From Antedon mediterranea (taxonomy: Eukaryota > Animalia > Echinodermata): a stretch of DNA of 64,000 nucleotides. Of this stretch, positions 43,801 to 55,800 are shown piece by piece; the first letter of the stretch is position 1, and the number at the start of each line of letters is the position of its first letter. A model generated the notes under the pieces. That model was not told where the DNA came from and made no database searches. It saw only the letters and a list, made by a program, of their open reading frames with translations. Location: contig NC_092671.1 in assembly GCF_964355755.1 (NCBI RefSeq), positions 24,812,070 through 24,876,069 on the forward strand, written 5' to 3'. Position numbers and translations under genes: made by a program.

Positions 43801-46800
43801 AGTTGTGCACCACGTACAATACAAAAGCATAACTCTGTTGGTCTGAACAGTCCCTTAACCACTACTACTACTCTACTATAAAACTATTATTTTTACATTT
43901 GCGCTGAACACAAGAAAGTAAGTATGTATTGCAGGCATATAATATAGGATGAACCCATCTCTGGTGGTTAAAAAAGTTGAAATACTAGATGTATTTAAAC
44001 ATCTGACAAAAAACCTAAAATATTTTATGAACATAGTAGTATTCGTTTTGGCTAAAAATATTTAAGATTAAGTTTTCATTTCAACTGAAATTTTGGGAAA
44101 CTTTTGTAGTCTAGCTTGTATGTAGCTGAAAAATAACTTTTTGTAATTTTGTTCCTAATATTACTTACCATCATGAGTCCTAGTCCAAAGCTGGTCGTTT
44201 GATGTTTCTGAGATAATTCAATCTTGTGTAGTATAGCTTCAATTCTCTGATCCTCAAAACCTTCTCTAAAAGTACAAAGAGTATTTAAACATAGATGTAT
44301 ATGCAACAACTGAACTCACATGAATAATGTTACCCATTTATTGTCATTAATCAGAATAAAATGTAAATATTTCTTGTTTCCTTCTTTATGAAAAAAATTA
44401 ATGAAAGGGTATGTAATGAAAGTACAATAAACAATATACATGGTAACATTAATGTTCTTTATAATGTTGTACCAACCTGGAAACTACATTCAAGTACTGA
44501 AGAATATGTAATGAAAGTAAAATAACAATTGTACTCTATGTACAACATTAATGCAAGATTCAACAAAGCTGTGTGAATTAGATATGTCAACATATAAGCG
44601 CTCTGAGCACTAAACGCAACTGACCGGCACACAAAAATGTCAACATAAAAGTTCCTCTCAGTTGCTTTCAGTTGCCCATGTTCTATATTTTTCGAAAATG
44701 ATGTTTCCATATAAGTGCTTGCGTATACTGGTTCATACAGCTACAAATTGAGTTACCACGACTAGTTACCATCATTTCCAATGTCGTCAAAATGCTCACA
44801 CATCTAGTCCCTTTCAGAAAGTATTTCCTTTGTACAGAGATTTAAACCCAGGATGTGGGGACTGGTAAGGAAACAACAAGAAGCTACAGTGCCACTATTT
44901 TAGATATGGAGGTACCTTTTCCAGTATTAAACCAGTTTCAAACAAATAGAAATGTGGAAATAATGCGTGACTGAATTACAAAGGTGTGGTCAACATCAAA
45001 CAACAACTTTCTTCTTTGATTGGGTTGGAAAGGTACACCAATCTAATTGATAATTTTGTTGCTTTGGACAAATTTTAACAAAAATTAGGTTTATTAATGC
45101 AAATTTTGTCAGGTGCACATATTCTTATCCAATTTTAATATGACACTGATTTTCATGATATTTTTATTACTTGTCAATTGTTTCAACCTTTTTATGAAAT
45201 TTTTGCATTTGTAATGTAATGCGACATTTATATAGCGCTATTTCATGAAGATCAGAGCGCTGTGGACTTAGATGTTACCTTTTCAACAACATTCTTCTCC
45301 CCTAAGAGTCACATCGTGTCATTGGCAGCCAACTACGGCGCCATTACGTCTGTCCACGACAGTGTGTTTATCCTTTTAGTGTCGTACTGTCTGTATTTTA
45401 CAAATTTTATCATATTTTATTGTTTTTTTATAGGTGACAAGCAACTCAAAGTTTGAGGCAGAGTGCTTGACGAAAAAAAAAATGGAATTGAATAACCATC
45501 ATTTGAATGACATGTGCATACACAAAAAAGAACTTTATTTAGAAAATTAGCAGATACCACTTATGCATGTAAAACTATTTCTTTAACATGATAAGTGGGC
45601 TGGTTTTGTTTGTGTAGATGCATACAAACCTGATGTATTTTTGTATGTAAACTGAATATAAGTTAGTTGTTTAATACACATAATCCTGTTATTGTACTGT
45701 ATTAAAATAGTTAATCTATAATATTTAGCTTACTTATGTTGGCTTTTGTTTCATGTACAACAAAATCTTTGGTAAGCAAACTAAACAATATTTGTCAATG
45801 TGTTTTAATTCCTAAGAAAATGTAAGAAATGGCAAACGACAAAAGCAGTAAAAGTACATGAATTTGAATTAAACTATACATACTTTACGACTTGTTGGAA
45901 GGTTTTCTTGATAATTTCTTTCACCTTTGCGACGTTTTCATTTGCAATCCCCTGTAATCCAATAGAAAAAGATGCTTCCTTCGTTGAAGTATCATATCTT
46001 AATATAAAGTAAATATATGACAATTAATATTTTATGTAACATAAACAAACAGCAAAATAAAGTAATTATAACACACCTGACTGTATTCTTGCAATTTGAT
46101 TGGATAATTACGCATCATTGGGATTAGCCCAATATAACGGAAAAAAGATATCTAATGGTGATAGTTAACGCGCACGTTTTGTAAAATTTGTGAATTTTTG
46201 CCAAGCGATGCTGTTAACTGATCGTGTTGGAAAACCAACTTATTGTGCGCGCCTTCTGTAACTGTTCTACTCCGCGTCTCCAGTTGGAGCACTGCCTTGT
46301 TTTTTTAATGGTATAGCTTCTTGGCCTAGCAATTGTCAATGATTTACTATGGATAACTTTAATCAAATGCAGTAGGGTGTGTTATAAACAAAAAAAATGT
46401 TTAGGAGTAGGATGGTAAGAATATTTCATAAGTTGAAAGATTGACTGCTCTATTTTTAACAATTCAAAGCCAAGTTTAAAACAGAGCAGTGAATTTTTCC
46501 TTGAACGAAATATTCTCTCCATTCAATGAATACAAAACAGTATTATATTTCTTTTAAATTGAACATTTTTCCCTACAGTGATTAAGTTCGATTTTGACTA
46601 TCATTAGCATTTTGTTTACTTTGTATTGTTTTATATTTCTAGGTAATTATGTTTCGCCAAATAAAATCAAATGATTATATTCTATTCAAATCAAAATTTG
46701 GGCTGTCGCTTACAGTGCATTTAAACATTACTACAGAGGTGAAAAAGGAGTACCAGCTGGTAGAATTCAATCATAATTCATAAACATAATTTAAAAGAAA

Positions 46801-49800
46801 TATGCTAGAAATATTTGTTCAAATTGCAGAATTGCAAAAATAAACATAAATTGTAAAATTCCTGGAATGATTTCTTCAAAATGTGAATTTTTATTGACAA
46901 ACAATTTGACAAATAGTTGAGAAAAGTATGTGAGCACACTTTGTCTAACCGCACTTTGTGCTATTTGTTTTTTTAGTGAATGTACTAAACAAACAAATGG
47001 TCTACTATAATGTTGAAAGCTGAGACAGCAATGCAATGCTGCTTCCAAATGATGTTTGATCATAATAACAATTAAACTGCCTGTTGATATACTGAATATT
47101 AATTAATTAATTTGAAACGAAAAGATGAGGAAATATGTGAGAATAAGAAAAGTCACAACCAATAAAAGACACACTGCCCAATATTATTTAATTACATAAT
47201 AAAATTAATTAAAATATTCAACATGACCATTCAGTTTAGTCTAAATTTAGATATAATAAAAAAAAAATACTGTAAAATATATAACTTTACATAACAATAA
47301 CAATGTAACTATGAAATGTTGCAGAATTCAGTTATTTAATCATAGGATTTTTCAAGATGTATGTATAATGGTTAAATAAGTAAAGGATTGAAAAAAACAA
47401 AATCTTACAATTACAGACTGATTTCAGTCAAGATTACCAGCTTATTGTTGAGTAATTAACTTTGTGATATTCAAAAATGTTCCCACATTGATAGTATGAC
47501 AATAAACTTCACTATACTTAATGTAATACCATGTGATACTTATTTCTTCATGTAAATAATAATACATATTTCTAATAATTATTTCTTTGTACTGCAGATT
47601 ATTGTAAACGTACCATTAAAAAAAAACCTACTTATTAAAATTGCACAATATTTTATTTAACCAATATTGAATACTGTGCATTTTTTGTAAATACTTTTCT
47701 TTGCATTTAAATTGTTCCTGTTAAATATTTTGAATATTATTTTTATCGAAGTCATCACAGTTTTACTTGAAGTCTTACTTGAATCTTCGGGCTCATGATT
47801 AAGGCAAATGCCTTTTAAACGCCCTCCATTTCTTCTTCTTTGAACTAGAAAGCCACTCCGAGAGTGCATACCTCCACCTACTGTAAAAATCTCCTACATA
47901 AGATTTCTCCGGGAAAGTGTATATATATTATTTTTGTGTGTGTCTTTATGCTGTTTGTGATTTAGGCTAATTTCACTACAAGCATGTGTATGCGAGTTTG
48001 GTGTAATGGTTATGTAACAAGCCTTTCAATTAACAATAGCTTCAGTTGACTAACAATAGAACAGCAACGCAAAAATCAAACGGGTGAATTTGAAAAGAAA
48101 TAGGTTTTTAAACTACTCGCATCCAAAAAGGTGCACATTAAATCAAATTATGTCTTAAAATTACAAATCACAAATTATAACTCTTGTCTCTTGTACAAAA
48201 AAGTTTTTTGGATAAGTAGTAGAAAATGCAATTTGAAAAATTCTGTCCTATCTTTTAACACTAGCAGGTCTGAAAAGTATACCAAAAAATGGTCTAGAAT
48301 TGGGACCATGGTCCCATAAGGTCCCAAAATGGAAATGGTCCTTGACCACATATCTATATGTATATTTATTTTGGTAAAGATCTTAAGTAATCCTGCTAAC
48401 AAACAAACAGACAGACCAACAACAAACACACGCGATTGATTACATATACCTCCCTGGCAGAGGTAAATGATGCAATATAGTGAAGAAAATTGAAAAATTA
48501 TTTAAATCAGACAGTAATTGTTTTTGTACATATGTAACAATAAAATGCAGAATTTTGTTATAGATAACACAGATATTTATTACCAGCATAATGTAAAACT
48601 TCAAAATGATGCCCATCTTGAAGGAGCCTTTAATCTTTGGCTTGTATTTTATTGGAAGAGAATAAACCAAACACTTTGGAATGTCTCTTTCTGAATAATA
48701 ATGAAATTAAATATCTGGCACATGATCTATCTAAATTTATAATCGAAAGTGAAAATAAAAATTAAATTAAGCTGTACAGAGTGTTTTACAATTGAAATTA
48801 GGATGTTAAACAACACAACTAATAGTTGTTCCCTTGATAATGACAACGCAGAAGAATCAATTGATATTATCTATTTAGACATTGTAAAGATGAGTTTATG
48901 TCACCACCAGATGTCAACATTTGCTCAGTCAACTAAACAAACTTGGATGCTTTACCTGACAATGTAATTACGACTGAGCAAAAACGAAACAATCTAAGGT
49001 TTATTCAGCATTTCATTGTTATTTTTAACATTTCTTATAGACATTGCGTCTATGAGTTTTGTATGATTCATATACTACTAGTCTGGGTGCCAAATGTGAA
49101 GGTGTGTCAATAATAAGGCAATGATTTTTACTTTAACAGTAAGTGGTTCAGATCAATATTTCATCACAAGGAAATATGCTAAACATAGGTAATTCAGTAA
49201 ATGTTGTTAAATTTGAATTTCAGAAGAACAAAATAATACTATTTTGAGTAAAAGTGTCACAACAGGGCGCTTTGTGCAAGTCAGAGTTTGCATATGGCGG
49301 AAATGAGTGCTTGTCCAGAACAGTCGACAGGACCTGTGGTGAGGTGAACTTTGTTAAATGACACCCTAGATGACCGGAAATGATACTCTCATACATAAAA
49401 TTCATAAATGTAACTCTAATTTGCAGGAAAATTGCTACCAATGAGCAACACGATCATACTTTTCCCCTCCGGTAAACACACACATAATTAAAGGACGATA
49501 ACATGTTGTTGCCGATGATATCATTAACTCAGTATTTTGTTTTTATTGCGTTGCATTCAGATTAAATGCGAACGTACGTCTAGGGGAAGCCCCTAAAAAC
49601 AAAGCACACTTTAGGTGAAAAGTGAAAAGGCAAATTCAATGCTTAATAGCTCAATATTTATTTACATCAATTTAATTTGTTGAGGAAATTAAATATATCA
49701 ATATAAATAGGTATTGATACAGTTGAGTACGTATCGGCAGGTGGGCTAGAAAAAAAATAATCGTTTGCTATAATGTAAAAATGTTACAGTAATTATGTGT

Positions 49801-52800
49801 ACTATATTAATATTAACATATCCTCTATGATGATGATACACTATACTTCATAGCCACACATACTGTAGGTAACCACAGCATTCCATGTTTGACGTATATA
49901 CAATATGCTTGCTGACTGCCAGCGATCTAAACAATAGGTAGGCCTACACAGTTGTCTGGCATGTCCTTTGTACAAATCGTTGTGCCCCAGCTCACTGAAT
50001 GAGTATGATACACGCGTCAATATCATGTTATATTCAGGAACCAAAATGCATTTATTTTTCAGTTGAAAATAGGCGATTCTTTCACAACTCTTAGAAATTT
50101 ACAGACACTTAACGCTCGACGTACACTCATTGGATCCGCCACTGCCTAGTCTATAATGATAACGTCTACACAACAGCCCACGAAATTGCAGAATTAAATT
50201 TCGACATTCATGGAGCTTACCATGGCAATAATGGTAAACGATCATGTTCTCGGACTATCAGGGTCAAGACGATTGGGCCCATTTTAGACACAAGCAAAAA
50301 ACTATCGGCCCAACGTTTATGACTATCGCGCAAAAGAACTACGATTTAATAACATAATTTATTGATATTGCCAACGTTGATTTAATATATAAAAATAAAT
50401 TAATAAAAAAACGTCATTTTATATTTTAAGTATATATATTATATCATTATGGAAAAAATCGTTATTCAGGCATTTGCCAAGCGGTCAACAGAGGGCGTAA
50501 TTTGTTTACATCGTTCGCGTGGCTAAAAAATGATAATTTTCAGCAATGTTTTAGTCAGATTGTCAAAGGTTTTGCTGTATTGCATCATATCCCTAGCAGT
50601 ACTACCCCAAAATCTCTCAGATTCACTATTGCGCTGTGTTGGCATTCCATTGTCTTGTATAAAGGTGTAATATGATCGCAGTTAATCAATAAGCCAAGTC
50701 CTGTGTGGTTTGTCCACAATAGTCATCAATGCAGCAAAGCCTATATCGGAGTATGGAAGCGAAAGGGGCTAGGCCTAGTGTGATAAACAAGAACAAGCGA
50801 TATTTACGTTAATGGAAACTAATTTCTGCAACGCTGTAGTAAAACATCTATGCTTTTTTAGACATACGATTGGAAGACTATATTTAGGTTTTTTAAAATC
50901 AATAACTGCTATAAAATCGCGATAGTATCGCATCATCGCTACCTCAAAACAAAAACAAAATGTCGGAAAACTTTGATAGTTTGACCACATACACACACAC
51001 ATACACTAAAGTGATTAGAAGAGTTCCTTTCCATTGCATACATAGGAACTAAAAACAAATTGTTTTTTCATCTGATATCAAACTTGAACTTTCCCATTTG
51101 GGAATATGTTTTTCTTAATAAAAAAATGTCATATATTGTACAATTAAAAGCATTTAAAAAAATCGGTAAATTATTTCAAACGACAAGAACGCGTTCAGGC
51201 ACGTTTGCTATTGTATTACGAAAAAGGTCGTAAAGACGCGTTTGGCAGACCATTTGGGGGAACCCCGTTTGGACGCGTTTATTCACGTTTGGCATGTTGC
51301 TCCGCCCCATTGAACGTTTGACTGAGCAGCATTATTGTTTGTCATTTTGTACGATTCCTTCATTGAGTATTAAATTTCCAGATAATGGTATACAGTTATT
51401 GTTCTTCACACGCCCGCCGTTTGTCAAGACGTACTTTACATAAAAATTACTTTTTAAAGCTTGGTACTAGGGCCTAGTCTCTAGAGGAGGCCTAGGCCTA
51501 CCATGGAGTAACTCCATGCATGGAGTTATACTCCTTACTGAATTACGGAAAAATATACAACAACAATGCGTACAATATCGCTACAAACGCGATTCCTTGT
51601 TTGTGGGGATTCCCTTGATACAGCCCCACACAGCCCGTAAACAACATTGCAAGAATGTAATAATAATGCGGCCTACACTACCTTGGGTTAGCGAATTATA
51701 AAAAAACAACACCTAGGCACCAACACCAACACCAACACACCAACAAAATATATGCAAGATAAATATATATTCCATGTAAAGATTTAAGATATGCCTTTTA
51801 AATTATTAAAGAAAATGCCCGACTAGAATTTGGATGGAGGGAAAAAAACATGTGAATCGCGGGAACAGTTTAGAGCAGCTAAGAGAGTAGGCCCTATTAC
51901 GTTTCATGTCATGTGACACAAAATCCAGGTACACGTAATTAGCCACCCCTGGTATCGATGTTAAAAAAAAACATGTGAGAGGTTGCGGTAAACAGAGAGT
52001 ATCGTGTTTCATGCCATGTGACAAAAAAAAATTAGGTATGTATTAATTACGGTCTTCTGTCGGCACTCTTTTTGAGCGACCGACTGAACGTTCTGATACT
52101 ATATTTAGAATGAAAATTGTTGACAATCTTTTTTTGTCGGGATCGTTTCTGGATCGACTGGACGTTCGCTATATTATTTTTATAAGTTGGCCTAGTCATT
52201 TTGTTGGATCGTGTCTCTACGTTCGTTTACATCTTGGGAAATTTATTTAATGGCTGGAAATTATAACGCATAGGAAACTGAGATACATGCGCCTAAAATT
52301 TCGTGCACCCTGTTTAATGTGTTTACACACACAGCAGGGATTCCATTAACAATAAGTCTAAGGCCATGCATCTGTACTGTTACTAACTTTGAATCAATTT
52401 TTGTACTTTTTTCAGTCAGTATATGTACATTAAATTCCCTATAATATTTAGTTAATTAAAATAGCTTTTGAATGAAAAAAATCGGTGCCGTATTAAGCAT
52501 TTTACGAATAAGGGACGTTTTTTTGTATCAAGCTTTAAAAACACAGGCTGTTCCACCTTAGTTGCCAATTCCCTCTGCTATTTGTTTACCTTTGGTTTGT
52601 TCCATTAGTGAGTGAATCATAAAATGTGCTAGTATTAATCTAAAAGTGCTTTGATTAGTATTAATGTCCTTGGAAATAAATAAAAGCATAAAAGTGTGTG
52701 CGTTATATTAAATTTAAAATAAAAGAAGAAGTAAAACCCATACAATATTATTTAATAAAAATGTAGAATATATGTGGCTTCCTATTACATAATGGAATGA

Positions 52801-55800
52801 TCCAACAGAAATCGCCCAAAACATGTGTGTGCTCATCATGGAGGAGGAAATCCGTGGTGTACATGTGTGATTGCATGGACATTATGATTTTCAATCAACA
52901 TTGTTTGTTGTTATATAGAATCTCATTCACCAAAAGGAATTTTAGGCTACGATTGTTTTAACGCACCATAATAAATTTAAAATGGTGTTTAGTTACAGAG
53001 GCTAGGCCCAAGTCTGGGATTCAGTAAAGTATAGTTAATTCGATGGCTTTTTAGCTAGCTAGGAATAACCTAAATCGACCACAATCAATATGCCGGCCGG
53101 CCTAGTAAAAAGTAACTAGCTGGGCCTAGAACTAAATATGGTACATTCCTTGTGAAAATAAGCTAGCTATTGCATTATTTTAATAACCTACTCAGGCTAG
53201 TATATCAACTCCCTGGCTGGTATGGTATAGTATAATAAATATATATAGTATAGTATAAGCTTAATACGGTCGAATGGAAAAACAGTAAGTGAATAAGGTG
53301 CATATCATCGTTGCAAGGTTAGGGGGTGCAAACAAAACATTCAACAGCCCGATAAATGAGTGAAAAACAACCGGCTAAAATCGTAACTCTGTAAATACTG
53401 CATCAATTTTATCCATTCAAAAACTAGATTAATGTGCCTCTTGCTAAAAAAAAATGTTTTTAACGATGCAATCGTGTTCTGATAATGTTCATGTAAAATT
53501 AATTATGTATAGCCAGAATTGCTTATCTAAGAGATTATCATAGCGTTTCCCATGGTTCAAACACCGTACTGTTAAAATAGATTTCTTTCAGATTACCGAC
53601 GATTTTTTAACTTTTATCTGAAATATAAATTGATATATCTAGTATTTAGTAACGGTAAATAGCGCGATATTAATACTGTCATAATAATATGAAGATACGA
53701 TTTAGTGATGCTTATAAACGATTGATTCGTGTAAACGTGATTTGGCGCCAAGTAGCTAGCGAGATAGAAGGTAATGCAAAGCGACGATTTGCTGTCACTC
53801 GCTAGCTAAATTGCGGTTATTTTTACAATTTGTGAACTGCCGATCGGTTATATAATCATTGCGCTACAAATACAGCATTGTACATTTTATTTCACTTTAA
53901 AATCTACGAAAACCGTTTGTTTATGCTTCACCATATTATTAATATTAGACGTTGTTTTAGCTTCACCGTATACGGCCTGTCCAATTATACCGTGATGTTT
54001 GCCGCGAAAGGGGGTTCCCCGATTAGTTTGCAAGAGTCCGAGATAATAGAAAACGCGACTCTGTGACAAAAACGTGTTCGAACGTCGATGTTTTGTTTGA
54101 ACTGGCGAGACAAAGGGAAGCCGTTTGCGTGACACAAACGCGCTACAACGCTCCGGCTCCGTTTGGTAAGGCGTGTCAGGAACGTGGTCCTACTCATGAA
54201 TATTCAATTAGATGCACTAATTAGAACGGTTGATTGTCAAACACGTTTCAACGACGGTCAAAATCGAAACGTGTTCTTGTCGTTTGAAATAATTTACCGA
54301 AGGCGCCTAATTGGTCAATACAGTATACAATCTTATAACCACTTTTTTATTATTTATGAATGAACTTGCAATTTAGTACTACTGTACAGTATTATATATA
54401 ACAATCGGGAATTGTAATTAAGTGTTTTTACTGTAGAGTACTTACCCAACATTAGGTGCATAATCTGAACCTATATTTGCTTCAATTAGGGCTTTATAGA
54501 AAGGAGATGTAGGCCCAGACACAAGCAGTGAACCAAGTACACTTGCAGTAAATGACTCAAATGGATCTGTAATACTATCAATAATAAAGCATTTGGTAAA
54601 TTAATAAATAAAAGTTAAAACAATTTATCTGTAATCATATAAATAATTTGAAAATTGTATAAATCAAAATTAAAACAATTTAACTGTATTTAAGCATGTA
54701 GCACCTCATTAACTTTGTGTAACTTTATAAATAAAACGTATAGCACCCTAAAAAATAATTTGTAAATTTATATTTAACTATAAATAAAAGTTAAAACTAG
54801 TTAACTTAAACGTATACAGTAGCAAATAATTTGTAAATTTGAAACTGATTTGCTCAATGATTTACTCTATGGAAGTTGGGAGGTCCACATGCCCTGATGC
54901 GGAAGAAGCAAAAAAAAAGTGCATGTGTATTAATGATGATTATGACAAAATGGTAAATATTTTCTGACTTTGTTCGATTCACATTTCACCGTCCCACAAA
55001 TTCAAATGATTAATTTAGACCTTTGCTTAATTATGTTTTAAAAGAATATTCTCACCTTGCCAACAGGTAGCTAACACTAATAGTTGTTTGTTTGTTTGGA
55101 TCAGCAGCCATTGGGTCTACAGCACAATACACTTCTGCTTCTCTCTACACAAAATAAATATACCGTAATGTTAAGTCTGTAAGGAATTATAAGAAAATTA
55201 AAATGGTTATTATTGTGAAAAGTCCAAATAACCATAGAAAAGTACTTTGAGAGATTCAGAACTGAGGTATGTTTCTTTAATTAATGTTATGATAATTTAA
55301 ACTACTACGGAGTAGCTTTGAGTAGGGGAGGTATATTTACAGGGGTTATTAAAAGAATTAGTGTGAGGGGGTTTGGTGCAGTGTGTTGGACGTTGGACTA
55401 CTTATAGCGAGATTGGGTGCCCGAATCCTACGCTCATTGCATTGCTTGTATAATTAGGCACACTTTACTTACGTTTACCTCTCTCCACCCAAGTGCACCA
55501 ATGGGTAAAAAACACAATTTCCACTGATTACTGATTATGTACAGCGCTTAAAAGTTTCACAATAGGCACCTAAATCCAGGATATTACTTTTATTGTTAAA
55601 AGGCCGCTACATCAAGAGGATGATGAAAACAATAAGAACCGAATGAAGAGGATGTAACTGGTCACAAACTCATAATATGAAGAAATGATGACTATTTAAT
55701 TTAAGATACTATATTCAAAACTGCTTACTTTGTATGAGATATATTTGATGGTAGAATTAATTACTTAGAATGAGTAAGTTTTTATAAATCTTACTGGTTC

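Noticed and set aside
48856-48890. Plus-strand SIDIIYLDIVK resembling an RT 'YLDFxKAFD' motif
   Set aside because: AFD and all flanking RT motifs are absent; probably chance.
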